From Thalia democratica (taxonomy: Eukaryota), in assembly GCA_965202585.1 (NCBI GenBank), contig OZ241834.1, forward strand, positions 31,682,001-31,746,000: a DNA stretch of 64,000 nucleotides, in the 5' to 3' direction. Shown in pieces: positions 15,001 to 30,000 of this stretch. Both the position numbers and the translations under genes were made by a program. The notes under the pieces are model-generated. The model did no database searches. It had not been told where the DNA came from and worked only from the letters and a program-made list of their open reading frames with translations. Within the stretch, counting starts at the first letter, position 1. Each line of letters starts with the position of its first letter.

Positions 15001-18000
15001 TTATTTTATTCTAACTGGAAAAATAAATACGTTTTTAGTTTTATTACTTTTCAACTTAATTAATTAATGCAACTTTTGTGAACAATATTTAAAGCTCATC
15101 ATTTTATTTAGCTACAATTTTTCACAAAATTTTTTGTAGTAAAAACTTTGTTTATTTTAACGCATATTATACTTATGAAAATATAACGGTTAGTAGCTAA
15201 CAGTTTCATTTTAAAACCAGTCGAAAAATAATGTCACATTAGCTTAATTTGTTTTTTCAATTTTAAAAGTACTGTTCAGACAAATACATTGTTAAGGCTT
15301 GCGACTAAACGGAACAAAACTTCGACTGTATCGTGTATTCTTCTTGAACTAGGAAACACATGTTTTTTAATAAAAAAAACCGTTAAAACTTTTGTTTCAC
15401 TTTTAAGCTTTTCTTACATCTAAGCACCTGTTTTACTCCTGAACGTCTACATTAACCATTTATAAAGCCCTCATACACACCAATTTTGCTACCGTGAATC
15501 ACGAAAGCCTTTAACAAGTGTATTGGCGACGCTTAAGCACGCGCAACGCGATACCAAAACAAGGTGTTTATTCAGGATTAAGCCATAATGGAACAAGATT
15601 CCGTGAAACGACTGCCTCGAGGCTTTGTGATATTTCAAAAATTTTGTGCAATCTTGTTTAATGCGGATTTATACTGTTTTTATCATTTGATTTAATAACG
15701 CTTGTTTTGCTTCTTTGTTGCTTAAGTAAAATTATTTTAAATACATGTGGATTTAAGATTTTTTTAAAAGAGTTGATAAGATAAGATAACTTTATTATTG
15801 ATTGTAGAATAGTTTATTAGTTAACTTTTTTTATTATCATTAAAAAAAATAATTATAAATTTTTTTAAACTGTGATTTAGTTTTAAACACAAAAAAATAC
15901 AGACAATTTCTACAACCAAGGTTAAAGGTTTTAGTTATGATCCAAATCAAACAAAGTTCAGGGAAGCCTGCCTTTACTGACCTAGTTTAGCTGTGTATTT
16001 GTTGTTCAGTTTCACACAACGCCTGATACGAGCTGTTTAATCGTTAATCTTGAAAAGTGTTTTGCCTGCGGCTGGAAACGCGCCAGAAAAGTTTGCGAGA
16101 ATGTTGCAAGATAACCTACATGCGTCAGACAAAAATTACAGGTATGCAGATAAAAGAAGTATAAGATATTTTTGGGCTCGATGTTAATTTTGAAACATTT
16201 TCAGGATAGTCGATTTTTTCGAAGCATCTTTGATCTAATAAAGTTATTTACAAATGCTTAAATATGCCAATAAAAAAGTCCTTAAATTAAAATAAAACCG
16301 ACGGCAAAGTAAGTTTACAGGAGAAGTAGTATTACATGTATTTAAATAAATATATACAATGTATATTGTACATATACATACAGCCGTTTACTTGAATAAA
16401 TTCGGGCATCTTAACTTACATTTTTTATTTCAGACTGTGACGTCATACCCGAAAATCCCACTTACACGCTGACGTACGACGCGAGCAACGTGCTCTACAA
16501 CGCAGTGGCGGCACCAAGCGGACAAAAACACCCGAGGACGATTGCCACTCTCGAGTGCGCCACCGGCTGGTTCCTGCCTTACTCAATCACCGGATCGCTG
16601 ACGCCTGTGACATCACAGAGCTACTCGTGCGACGGGGGGAGCTTCAACGCCGGGTCGCCAGTCTGCAGACTCGGTATTGTCTTGTTTTTATTGCTTTTTT
16701 GATATTTTTGTTGCCGGTTTTTGTTTTCCAGTTTAACAACCAATATGTAATTGACGTTTGAGTTACGCCGCTTTTTAAACTAAAACCTAATACAAAACAC
16801 CAACTTAACAAAAATAACGGTGAAACATTAAAATGTCAATTTTAATTTTGTTGACTGTTAAGTAAAGTTATCCTCGGTTTAAGACGTAGTAAATCCCAAG
16901 CTACAATACAAGCTTTACTAAAAAAACTGAAAGAAGTAAAACATACTTTTCAAGCATGAATACAAAAAAAAATTTTAGTAAAAATTTGATAAACTAACTC
17001 GTTAAATAAAACAAAAAACAGGATGCCCGGGCGTGGAAGATCTGACCGACGGCAGCGTCAACTGGCCGGTGGCGGGGTTGGAACAGGTGCTGGCCGGCGA
17101 GCACGTGACCTACTCGTGCGACGGCGGGTTCACGATGGCGGCGGGCGCGGTGAACCGTATCGACTGCCAGAACGACGGCTCGCTGAGCGGCACCCTCGCC
17201 TCGCAGGGCATACAGTGCGACGCCGGTACGTTTTGTTGATAAGTTAAATTTAAATTAAATGTAAACTATGGTAGTCTTCCTTTGTAGCAGCTTCAAGTCC
17301 GAGTTTCCGGTTAAATACTGAAATTTGAGCCAGAAAAATCTGTTTAAAAAAATTTATTTCTGAGACTGGTATTTTTGAGGTTAGAACGTCTTATTGAGTG
17401 CGTTTTTTTTGGGCTGTAATTGGAATGCGTAATAGAAAACAGTATACTTTATAAAGTTATTGAAACAATCTAAAAAGTTTGATTATTTTTACCAAAAACC
17501 ATTGAGTGCTTTGCCAGTAGGTTTTTGTAAATAACTTTTATAATGTTATAACTAATTTAAGTCTTTAAATCAAAAAAATCAGTAGTAATCTCGTATAGAT
17601 AAGTTTATTTGTTTTAGGTACATGCAGAATTATTTGAATAAATATTTTAAGAGTGTTAAAGCAGCTGAGTTAAAAACCGATAAAATACTATTTAAATGTA
17701 CAATAATATTTTGCTATATTTTGGCTTCTTTACTTGCTGTCTGTGTTGACACAGTCATTATGTAAAAGTAGAGAAACACTATTCATTAAGTTTTACTTAG
17801 AACTGTTCATTAATATTTGTTGCATTGTATGATGTACTACTGTTTACCTTTTTTAAACCTTATTCAGGTAAAAGCAAATAGTATTAATTTTTAACTGAAG
17901 ACAGACTTACAGGCTGCACTTGTTAATAATAAATAATACAACTACTCCATTTCGCCTTATCAATGTTTAATTTTAGAATTAATTCTTTACTTTCGTCGTA

Positions 18001-21000
18001 TTTCAACAGAGTGCAGCACCATCCCAACTGTAACTGGTTCAACAGCGACCGTTAATGGACAAACACCCGTCACCCCGATCGATTACAATACACAGGTAGA
18101 TTATACTTGCAATTCTGGGTATTCACCCAATACGGTTCAGTCGGTGAAGTGTGGAGTGACGACTGCCGGTCAAGTTGACGTGTCAGGCGTTGCTTGTGCA
18201 AGAAGTAATCACTTTTATCTAATATTTAGTATTTACAAAAAAAATTATTCTGCAATATTTTTTGAAAAACTAAGTCTTGTTCAGGTAATACATGTCTTGT
18301 AAAAAGTAATGAATTTTTTTATTATGCTTTGTACTTTAAGGTCTATTTTTTGAAAACCATGTCTTATTTAAGTAATACAGGTCTTGTAAAAAGATAATTA
18401 AACTTATGCGCGCATTACCTAATTTAATAAGTTTCTATTTCAACTATTTTAAAACAACGATTGTAAATTTCATTTCAGTTTTTACAGTTTATACAAGAAA
18501 AGAGGGAAATCATTTTTCTTAAGTAAAACCTCTAACTGACTACTAACTAAGTTACACAGAAACATTTAACTTTAATAATAAAACTTAAACAGAATGCCTA
18601 TCAGTGGAAACTTTAACCGATGGCAGCGTGAACTATCCAATCGGGAAGACGTATGTGACGGAGGGGGAGTCGATCAGCTACTCGTGCAATAACGGTTTCA
18701 CGATGAACACGTTAGCAGTCAACAGCATCAGTTGTCAGTCCGACGGAACTCTCAGTGTCACTCTCGCCGATCAAAACATTGAATGCTTTGCTAGTACGTT
18801 TTTGTTATTAATATTTGTATTGTTATATCTACTGTTAGTCGGTAAACCAAATAAAACTAATTTGATGTAGGTGTATTCAGAATATTTTGAATTAACTTTC
18901 TAAGTGAATTAATACACAAGAGTAATAAACTATTCAAATACTATAAAAATATCATAACAAAATCGAAACATTACTCTTAGTTCTTTACTTGCTGTCTGTG
19001 TTAATACAGTTATTGTGTAGAAAGTAGAGTAATACTACATATTTGAAATTATTTATTTTTTTTTTTTCCATTGTAATATGTACTACTGTACAGCTTTTTT
19101 TTAACACTTGTTCAGGTAAAAAAAAAATAATACAAAATTTTAGGTGAAGACAAACATACAGGATACTCAACATTTGCAAATAACTACTCCGTTTTGCTCT
19201 ATAAGTATTTTATTTCACAAATAGTTCTTTATTTTTGTCGTTTTTCAACAGAGTGCAGTACCATCCCAACTGTAACTGGTGCAACAGCGGCCGTTAATGG
19301 ACAAACACCCGTCACCCCGATCGATTACAATACACAGGTAGATTATACTTGCAATTCTGGGTATTCACCCAATACGGTTCAGTCGGTGAAGTGTGGAGTG
19401 ACGACTGCCGGTCAAGTTGACGTGTCAGGCGTTGCTTGTGCAAGAAGTAATCACTTTTTTCTAATATTTAGTATTTACAAAAAAAATTATTCTGCAATAT
19501 TTTTTGAAAAACTAAGTCTTATTCAGGTAAAACAAGTCTTGTTATATAATAATTATACAAAATGTGTTTAAACTAATTTATTAAGTTTCTATTTAAACTA
19601 TTTTAAAACAACGATTGTAATTTTTACTTCAATTTTACAGTTTATTTTAAAAATGATGAAAATCAATATTCTAAAGTAAAAACTCTAACTGACTACTCAT
19701 TAAGTTACACAGAAAAATTTAGCTTTATTAATAAAACTTGAACAGAATGCCTATCAGTGGAAACTTTAACCGATGGCAGCGTGAACTATCCAGTCGGGAA
19801 GACGTATGTGACGGAGGGGGAGTCGATCAGCTACTCGTGCAATAACGGTTTCACGATGAACACGTTAGCAGTCAACAGCATCAGTTGTCAGTCCGACGGA
19901 ACTCTCAGTGCCACTCTCGCCGATCAAAACATTGAATGCTTTGCTAGTACGTTTTTGTTATTAATATTTGTATTGTTATATCTACTGTTAGTCGTAAAAC
20001 CAAATAAAACTAATTTGGTTTAGGTGTATTCAGAATATTTTGAATTAACTTTCTAAGTGAATTAATACACAAGAGTAATAAACTATTTAAATACTATAAA
20101 AATATCATAACAAAATCGAAACATTACTTTTAGTTCTTTACTTGCTGTCTGTGTTAATACAGTTATTGTGTAGAAAGTAGTGATGTACCGGACCCGGATC
20201 CGGACTTTTTTTTCAAATCAGAATCCGGCCGGAACCGGATCCGGACTTTTTTTTCAAATTAGAATCCGGCTGGAACCGGATCCGGACTTTTTTTTCAAAT
20301 TAGAGTCCGGCCGGATCCGGATATCAGACAAAAATGGCAATATTCGGCCGGACCCAGACCCGGATAGTGATTCCAGTACATCATTAGTATAAACTAGCCT
20401 GAGTCAGAATGAGGTTTTTAAAAACTAATAAAAAAAGAGCTTTAATATAATAATAAGTAGAACAACTAACCACAAGGTTTACAAATTTAGGAGTTATTTA
20501 CAATTGAAAATCTTAAATCAAGTTTTTAAACAAAATACACTAGAAAATTACAAAATATTGAAAACTGGATTAACTCAAACTCATTCAAAATCTAAAAGAA
20601 AACTAGCCTGAGTTTTTATAAAAAACTTAACTAGCTTGAGGCACTCCAAGATTTTTAAAAATTCCCAAAAATTTTCAAACTAGCAGGGTTGCCACTGTTT
20701 AAGTCAATAAAACTAGCTAGAGTGAGTATAAACAAGCCTGAGTCAGAATGAGGTTTTTAAAAACTGAAAAAATAACTTTAATCTAATAATCAGATAACAG
20801 CTAGCAAAGGTTGACAATTTGGTAGTAAAGTTGTGGACTGATTGTGGTACACTTAACTTATTAGTACTACCCATCATAATTAAATCCTACCTTATTTAAT
20901 TAATATCTAACAAATACTAAATTCTAACTGAGACTACTTTCTATAATCAGACACGACAGTTTTGAGTGATGAATCTTTTATATAAAAAACAACAAGAAAT

Positions 21001-24000
21001 ACTAGCATATACAAAGTTATTAATTACTTTGGTAATAATTTAAAAACTGGAAGCTATTTAAATCTATATCAAAAGACTTAAAACAATATACTAATAATTA
21101 AATAAAACTTCTAGTAAACAAGAAACTGTAAAATTTTACATAAATTATTAAAATATAAATCTGGTTTAAATATTTAAACAATTAAACACCAGTTGAAATA
21201 TTCACTTTAAAAAAAAACTACTTACAATAAGCATTCTCAAAAAGTTCAAGATATTTTGTTGCTTCAAGCTGCACACCAAACTAACTAACTGCTTACATAT
21301 AAACTGCCTGTCATGTTCTGATGTTTTGTAGCATCAGTATTTAGTTTGAAACATTTCGTCATATGATTCTCATTGGCTCGTACATTCAACCGTATTAACT
21401 CTAAATATTCTCTGAGCTCAACTTTAAACATCAAATAATGCAAGTATTCACTCCAACGTTTTCCATTTTACAACATATGTGAAGAGTTGCATTTCTAAAT
21501 GTTTATTTCATAGTTTAAATGTAAACAAGTGTAAATTAGTCACGTGTACAAGATGAGCCAATCGGGGTAGGTGTTTGATTTTAAGTGACGAAAATGACTC
21601 TTATTAAATTACACAGGGTTTGTTTTTGAAAAAAAACTTTTCAGTATGCTTTTTTTTACTAACTAGATCCGGGTCCCGACTTTTTTTAAAAATTAGAATC
21701 CGGCCAGAACCGGGTCCAGACTTTATTTACAAATTAGAATCCGGCCGGACCCGGATATCAGACAAAAATGGCAATATCCGGCCGGACCCGGACCCGGATA
21801 GTGAGTCCGGTACATCACTAGTAGAAAGTCGAGTAATACTACATATTTGAAATTATTCATTTTTTTTTTTCATTGTAGTATGTACTACTGTACAGCTTTT
21901 TTTAACACTTGTTCAGGTAAAAAAAAATAATACAAAATTTTAAGTGAAGACAAACATACAGGATACTCAACATTTGCAAATAAGTACTCCGTTTTGCTCT
22001 ATAAGTATTTTATTTCACAATTAGTTCTTTATTTTTGTCGTTTTCCAACAGAGTGCAGTACCATCCCAACTGTAACTGGTGCAACAGCGGCCGTTAATGG
22101 ACAAACACCCGTCACCCCGATCGATTACAATACACAGGTAGATTATACTTGCAATTCTGGGTATTCACCCAATACGGTTCAGTCGGTGAAGTGTGGAGTG
22201 ACGACTGCCGGTCAAGTTGACGTGTCAGGCGTTGCTTGTGCAAGAAGTAATCACTTTTTTCTAATATTTAGTATTTACAAAAAAAATTATTCTGCAATAT
22301 TTTTTGAAAAACTAAGTCTTATTCAGGTAAAACAAGTCTTGTTATATAATGATTATACAAAGTGTGTTTAAACTAATTTATTAAGTTTCTGTTTAAACTA
22401 TTTTAAAACAACGATTGTAAATTTTACTTCAATTTTACAGTTTATTTTAAAAATGATGAAAATCAATATTGTAAAGTAAAAACTCAAACTGACTACTCAT
22501 TAAGTTACACAGAAAAATTTAGCTTTATTAATAAAACTTGAACAGAATGCCTATCAGTGGAAACTTTAACCGATGGCAGCGTGAACTATCCAGTCGGGAA
22601 GACGTATGTGACGGAGGGGGAGTCGATCAGCTACTCGTGCAATAACGGTTTCACGATGAACACGTTAGCAGTCAACAGCATCAGTTGTCAGTCCGACGGA
22701 ACTCTCAGTGCCACTCTCGCCGATCAAAACATTGAATGCTTTGCTAGTACGTTTTTGTTATTAATATTTGTATTGTTATATCTACTGTTAGTCGTAAAAC
22801 CAAATAAAACTAATTTGGTTTAGGTGTATTCAGAATATTTTGAATTAACTTTCTAAGTGAATTAATACACAAGAGTAATAAACTATTTAAATACTATAAA
22901 AATATCATAACAAAATCGAAACATTACTCTTAGTTCTTTACTTGCTGTCTGTGTTAATACAGTTATTGTGTAGAAAGTAGTGATGTACCGGACCCGGATC
23001 CGGACTTTTTTTTCAAATCAGAATCCGGCCGGAACCGGATCCGGACTTTTTTTTCAAATTAGAATCCGGCCGGAACCGGATCCGGACTTTTTTTTCAAAT
23101 TAGAGTCCGGCCGGAACCGGATTCGGACTTTTTTTTTTCAGTTTAGAGTCCGGCCGGATCCGGATATCAGACAAAAATGGCAATATTCGGCCGGACCCAG
23201 ACCCGGATAGTGATTCCAGTACATCATTAGTATAAACTAGCCTGAGTCAGAATGAGGTTTTTAAAAACTAATAAAAAAAGAGCTTTAATCTAATAATAAG
23301 TAGAACAACTAACCACAAGGTTTACAAATTTAGGAGTTATTTACAATTAAAAATCTTAAATCAAGTTTTTAAACAAAATACACTAGAAAATTACAAAATA
23401 TTGAAAACTGGATTAGCTCAAACTCATTCAAAATCTAAAAGAAAACTAGCCTGAGTTTTTATAAAAAACTTAACTAGCTTAAGGCACTCCAAGATTTTCT
23501 AAAATTCCCAAAAATTTTCAAACTAGCAGGGTTGCCACTGTTTAAGTCAATAAAACTAGCTAGAGTGAGTATAAACAAGCCTGAGTCAGAATGAGGTTTT
23601 TAAAAACTGAAAAAATAACTTTAATCTAATAATCAGATAACAGCTAGCAAAGGTTGACAATTTGGTAGTAAAGTTGTGGACTGATTGTGGTACACTTAAC
23701 TTATTAGTACTACCCATCATAATTAAATCCTACCTTATTTAATTAATATCTAACAAATACTAAATTCTAACTGAGACTACTTTCTATAATCAGACACGAC
23801 AGTTTTGAGTGATGAATCTTTTATATAAAAAACAACAAGAAATACTAGCATATACAAAGTTATTAATTACTTTGGTAATAATTTAAAAACTGGAAGCTAT
23901 TTAAATCTATATCAAAAGACTTAAAACAATATACTAATAATTAAATAAAACTTCTAGTAAACAAGAAACTGTAAAATTTTACATAAATTATTCAAATATA

Positions 24001-27000
24001 AATCTGGTTTAAATATTTAAACAATTAAACAGCAGTTGAAATATTCACTTTAAAAAAAAAACTACTTACAATAAGCATTCTCAAAAATTTCAAGATATTT
24101 TGTTGCTTCAAGCTGCACACCAAACTAACTAACTGCTTACATATAAACTGCCTGTCATGTTCTGATGTTTTGTTGCATCAGTATTTAGTTTGAAACATTT
24201 CGTCATATGATTCTCATTGGCTCGTACATTCAACCGTATTAACTCTAAATATTCTCTGAGCTCAACTTTAAACATCAAATAATGCAAGTAATCACTCCAA
24301 CGTTTTCAATTTTACAACATATGTGAAGAGTTGCATTTCTAAATGTTTATTTCATAGTTTAAATGTAAACAAGTGTAAATTAGTCACGTGTACAAGATGA
24401 GCCAATCGGGGTAGGTGTTTAATTTTAAGTGACGAAAATGACTCTTATTAAATTACACAGGGTTTGTTTTTGAAAAAAAACTTTTCAGTATGCTTTTTTT
24501 TACTAACTAGATCCGGGTCCCGACTTTTTTTAAAAATTAGAATCCGGCCAGAACCGGGTCCAGACTTTATTTACAAATTAGAATCCGGCCGGACCCGGAT
24601 ATCAGACAAAAATGGCAATATCCGGCCGGACCCGGACCCGGATAGTGAGTCCGGTACATCACTAGTAGAAAGTCGAGTAATACTACATATTTGAAATTAT
24701 TCATTTTTTTTTTTCATTGTAGTATGTACTACTGTACAGCTTTTTTTAACACTTGTTCAGGTAAAAAAAAATAATACAAAATTTTAAGTGAAGACAAACA
24801 TACAGGATACTCAACATTTGCAAATAACTACTCCGTTTTGCTCTATAAGTATTTTATTTCACAATTAGTTCTTTATTTTTGTCGTTTTCCAACAGAGTGC
24901 AGTACCATCCCAACTGTAATTGGTGCAACAGCGACGGTTAATGGACAAACACCCGTCACCCCGATCGATTACAATACACAGGTAGATTATACTTGCAATT
25001 CTGGGTATTCACCCAATACGGTTCAGTCGGTGAAGTGTGGAGTGACGACTGCCGGTCAAGTTGACGTGTCAGGCGTTGCTTGTGCAAGAAGTAATGATTT
25101 TTTTTCTAATATTTAGTTTTTACAAAAAAATTAATTCTGCAATAATTTTTGAAAAACTAAGTCTTATTCAGGTAAAACAAGTCTTGTTATATAATGATTA
25201 TACAAAATGTGTTTAAACTAATTTATTAAGTTTCTATTTAAACTATTTCAAAACAACGATTGTAAGTTTTACTTCAATTTTACAGTTTATTTTAAAAATG
25301 ATGAAAATCAATATTCTAAAATAAAAACTCTAACTGACTACTTATTAAGTTACACAGAAACATTCAACTTTATGAATAAAACTTGAACAGAATGCCTATC
25401 AGTGGAAACTTTAACCGATGGCAGCGTGAACTATCCAGTCGGGAAGACGTATGTGACGGAGGGGGAGTCGATCAGCTACTCGTGCAATAACGGTTTCACG
25501 ATGAACACGTTAGCAGTCAACAGCATCAGTTGTCAGTCCGACGGAACTCTCAGTGCCACTCTCGCCGATCAAAACATTGAATGCTTTGCTAGTACGTTTT
25601 TGTTATTAATATTTGTATTGTTATATCTACTGTTAGTCGGTAAACCAAATAAAACTTATTTGATTTATGTGTATGCAGAATATTTTGAATTATCCTTCTA
25701 AGTGAATTAATGCACAAGAGTAATAAACTATTTATATACTATTTTTACAATAAAAATCGAAACAATATTCTTAGTTCTTTACTTGCTGTCTGTATTAATA
25801 CAGTCATTATGTAGAAAGTAGAGTAATGCTACATGTTTTGAATTATTCATTATTTTTTTTTGTATTGTAATATGTACTACTGTACAGCTTTTTTTAACAC
25901 TTCTTCAGGTAAAAAAAATAATATAAAATTTTAAGTGAAGACAAACATACAGGATACTCAACATTTGCAAATAAGTACTCCGTTTTGCTCTATAAGTATT
26001 TTATTTCACAATTAGTTCTTTATTTTTGTCGTTTTTCAACAGAGTGCAGTACCATCCCAACTGTAACTGGTGCAACAGCGACCGTTAATGGACAAACACC
26101 CGTCACCCCGATCGATTACAATACACAGGTAGATTATACTTGCAATTCTGGGTATTCACCCAATACGGTTCAGTCGGTGAAGTGTGGAGTGACGACTGCC
26201 GGTCAAGTTGACGTGTCAGGCGTTGCTTGTGCAAGAAGTAATGATTTTTTTTCTAATATTTAGTATTTACAAAAAAATATATTCTGCAATATTTTTTGAA
26301 AAACTAAGTCTTATTCAGGTAAAACAAGTCTTGTTATATAATGATTATACAAAAGGTGTTTAAACTAATTTATTAAGTTTCTATTAAAACTATTTTAAAA
26401 CAACGACTGTAAGTTTTACTTCAATTTTACAGTTTATTTTAAAAATGATGAAAATCAAAATTCTAAAGTAAAAAATCTAACTGACTACTTATTAAGTTAC
26501 ACAGAAATATTTAATTGTGTTATTAAAACTTGAACAGAATGCCTATCAGTGGAAAGTTTAACTGATGGCAGCGTGAACTATCCAGTCGGGAAGACGTATG
26601 TGACGGAGGGGGAGTCGATCAGCTACTCGTGCAATAACGGTTTCACGATGAACACGTTAGCAGTCAACAGCATCAGTTGTCAGTCCGACGGAACTCTCAG
26701 TGCCACTCTCGCCGATCAAAACATTGAATGCTTTGCTAGTAGGTTTTTGTTATTAATATTTGTATTGTTATATCTACTGTTAGTCGTTAAATCAAATAAA
26801 ACTTATTAGATTTATGTGTATGCAGAATATTTTGAATTATCCTTCTAAGTGAATTAATGCACAAGAGTAATAAACTATTTATATACTATTTTTACAATAA
26901 AAATCGAAACAATATTCTTAGTTCTTTACTTGCTGTCTGTGTTAATACAGTCATTATGTAGAAAGTAGAGTAATGCTACATGTTTTGAATTATTCATTTT

Positions 27001-30000
27001 TTTTTTGTGTTGTAATATGTACTACTGTACAGCTTTTTTTAACACTTGTTCAGGTAAAAAATAATAATACAAAATTTTAAGTGAAGACAAACATACAGGA
27101 TACTCAACATTTGCAAATAACTACTCTGTTTTGCTCTATAAGTATTTTACTTCACAATTAGTTCTTTATTTTTGTCGTTTTTCAACAGAGTGCAGTACCA
27201 TCCCAACTGTAACTGGTGCAACAGCGACCGTTTATGGACAAACACCCGTCACCCCGATCGATTACAATACACAGGTAGATTATACTTGCAATTCTGGGTA
27301 TTCACCCAATACGGTTCAGTCGGTGAAGTGTGGAGTGACGACTGCCGGTCAAGTTGACGTGTCAGGCGTTGCTTGTGCAAGAAGTAATGATTTTTTTTCT
27401 AATATTTAGTATTTACAAAAAGCTAATTTTGCAACATTATTTGAAAAACCAAGTCTTATTCAGGTAAAACAAGTCTTGTTATATAATGATTATACAAAAT
27501 GTGTTTAAACTAGTTTATTAAGTTTCTATTTAAACTATTTCAAAACAACGATTGTAAATTTTACTTCAATTTTAAAAATGATGAAAATCAATATTCTAAA
27601 ATAAAAACTCTAACTGACTACTTATTAAGTTACACAGAAACATTTAACTTTATGAATAAAACTTGAACAGAATGCCTATCAGTGGAAAGTTTAACCGATG
27701 GCAGCGTGAACTATCCAGTCGGGAAGACGTATGTGACGGAGGGGGAGTCGATCAGCTACTCGTGCAATAACGGTTTCACGATGAACACGTTAGCAGTCAA
27801 CAGCATCAGTTGTCAGTCCGACGGAACTCTCAGTGCCACTCTCGCCGATCAAAACATTGAATGCTTTGCTAGTACGTTTTTGTTATTAATATTTGTATTG
27901 TTATATCTACTGTTAGTCGGTAAACCAAATAAAACTAATTTGATTTAGGTGTATTCAGAATATTTTGAATTAACTTTCTAAGTGAATTGTTACACAAGAG
28001 TAATAAACTATTCGAATACTATAAAAATATCATAACAAAATCGAAACATTACTTTTAGTTTTTTACTTGCTGTCTGTGTTAATACAGTTATTGTGTAGAA
28101 AGTAGAGTAATACTACATATTTGAAATTATTCATGATTTTTTTTGCATTGTAATATGTACTACTGTACAGCTTTTTTTAACACTTGTTCAGGTAAAAAAT
28201 AATAATACAACATTTTAAGTGAAGACAAACATACAGGATACTCAACATTTGCAAATAACTACTCCGTTTTGCTCTATAAGTATTTTATTTCACAATTAGT
28301 TCTTTATTTTTGTCGTTTTTCAACAGAGTGCAGTACCATCCCAACTGTAACTGGTGCAACAGCGACCGTTAATGGACAAACACCCGTCACCCCGATCGAT
28401 TACAATACACAGGTAGATTATACTTGCAATTCTGGGTATTCACCCAATACGGTTCAGTCGGTGAAGTGTGGAGTGACAACTTCCGGTCAAGTTGACGTGT
28501 CAGGCGTTGCTTGTGCAAGAAGTAATGATTTTTTTCTAAAATTTAGTATTTACAAAAATATATTCTGCAATATTTTTTGAAAAACTAAGTCTTGTTCAGG
28601 TAATACATGTCTTGTAAAAAGTAATGAATTTTTTTATTATGCTTTGTACGTTAAGGTCTATTTTTTGAAAACCATGTCTTATTTAAGTAATACAGGTCTT
28701 GTAAAAAGATAATTAAACTTATGCGCGCATTACCTAATTTAATAAGTTTCTATTTCAACTATTTTAAAACAAAGATTGTAAATTTCATTTCAGTTTTTAC
28801 AGTTTATACAAGAAAAGAGGGAAATCATTTTTCTTAAGTAAAACCTCTAACTGACTACTAATTAAGTTACACAGAAACATTTAACTTTATGAATAAAACT
28901 TAAACAGAATGCCTATCAGTGGAAACTTTAACCGATGGCAGCGTGAACTATCCAGTCGGGAAGACGTATGTGACGGAGGGGGAGTCGATCAGCTACTCGT
29001 GCAATAACGGTTTCACGATGAACACGTTAGCAGTCAACAGCATCAGTTGTCAGTCCGACGGAACTCTCAGTGCCACTCTCGCCGATCAAAACATTGAATG
29101 CTTTGCTAGTACGTTTTTGTTATTAATATTTGTATTGTTATATCTACTGTTAGTCGGTAAACCAAATAAAACTAATTTGATTTAGGTGTATTCAGAATAT
29201 TTTGAATTAACTTTCTAAGTGAATTAATACACAAGAGTAATAAACTATTCAAATACTATAAAAATATCATAACAAAATCGAAACATTACTCTTAGTTCTT
29301 TACTTGCTGTCTGTGTTAATACAGTTATTGTGTAGAAAGTAGAGTAATACTACATATTTGAAATTATTCATTATTTTTTTTTCCATTGTAATATGTACTA
29401 CTGTACAGCTTTTTTTTAACACTTGTTCAGGTAAAAAAAAAATAATACAAAATTTTAAGTGAAGACAAACATACAGGATACTCAACATTTGCAAATAAGT
29501 ACTCCGTTTTGCTCTATAAGTATTTTACTTCACAATTAGTTCTTTACTTTTGTCGTTTTCCAACAGAGTGCAGTACCATCCCAACTGTAACTGGTGCAAC
29601 AGCGGCCGTTAATGGACAAACACCCGTCACCCCGATCGATTACAATACACAGGTAGATTATACTTGCAATTCTGGGTATTCACCCAATACGGTTCAGTCG
29701 GTGAAGTGTGGAGTGACGACTGCCGGTCAAGTTGACGTGTCAGGCGTTGCTTGTGCAAGAAGTAATCACTTTTTTCTAATATTTAGTATTTACAAAAAAA
29801 ATTATTCTGCAATATTTTTTGAAAAACTAAGTCTTATTCAGGTAAAACAAGTCTTGTTATATAATGATTATACAAAATGTGTTTAAACTAATTTATTAAG
29901 TTTCTATTTAAACTATTTTAAAACAACGATTGTAAATGTTACTTCAATTTTACAGTTTATTTTAAAAATGATGAAAATCAATATTCTAAAGTAAAAACTC

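Noticed and set aside
16040-16141. GC-richer patch ending CAG|gtatgc as an extra exon of gene 1
   Set aside because: No acceptor gives a phase 1-1 open exon, and there is no Cys pattern.
16674-16702. Hydrophobic read-through tails after the unique exons (GIVLFLLLF*, and WCFILMFTFF at 47013+)
   Set aside because: Too short for a membrane span and with no basic tail. They do show that T-rich intron starts can mimic hydrophobic peptides, which is a caveat for the top finding.
19194-19251. ORF-track N-termini MLYKYFISQ(L/I)VLYFCRF.. before each B exon look like signal peptides
   Set aside because: They start at TTG inside the intron's pyrimidine tract. The true boundary is the cag| acceptor. 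The 'M' of METLTD is likewise a GTG (Val) codon inside the A exon.
20180-21850. Repeated ORFs MMYRTRIRT..., MFLKKNFS... and 35433-35720 (-)
   Set aside because: Translations of the 41-bp CCGG-rich MITE repeats; no transposase motifs.
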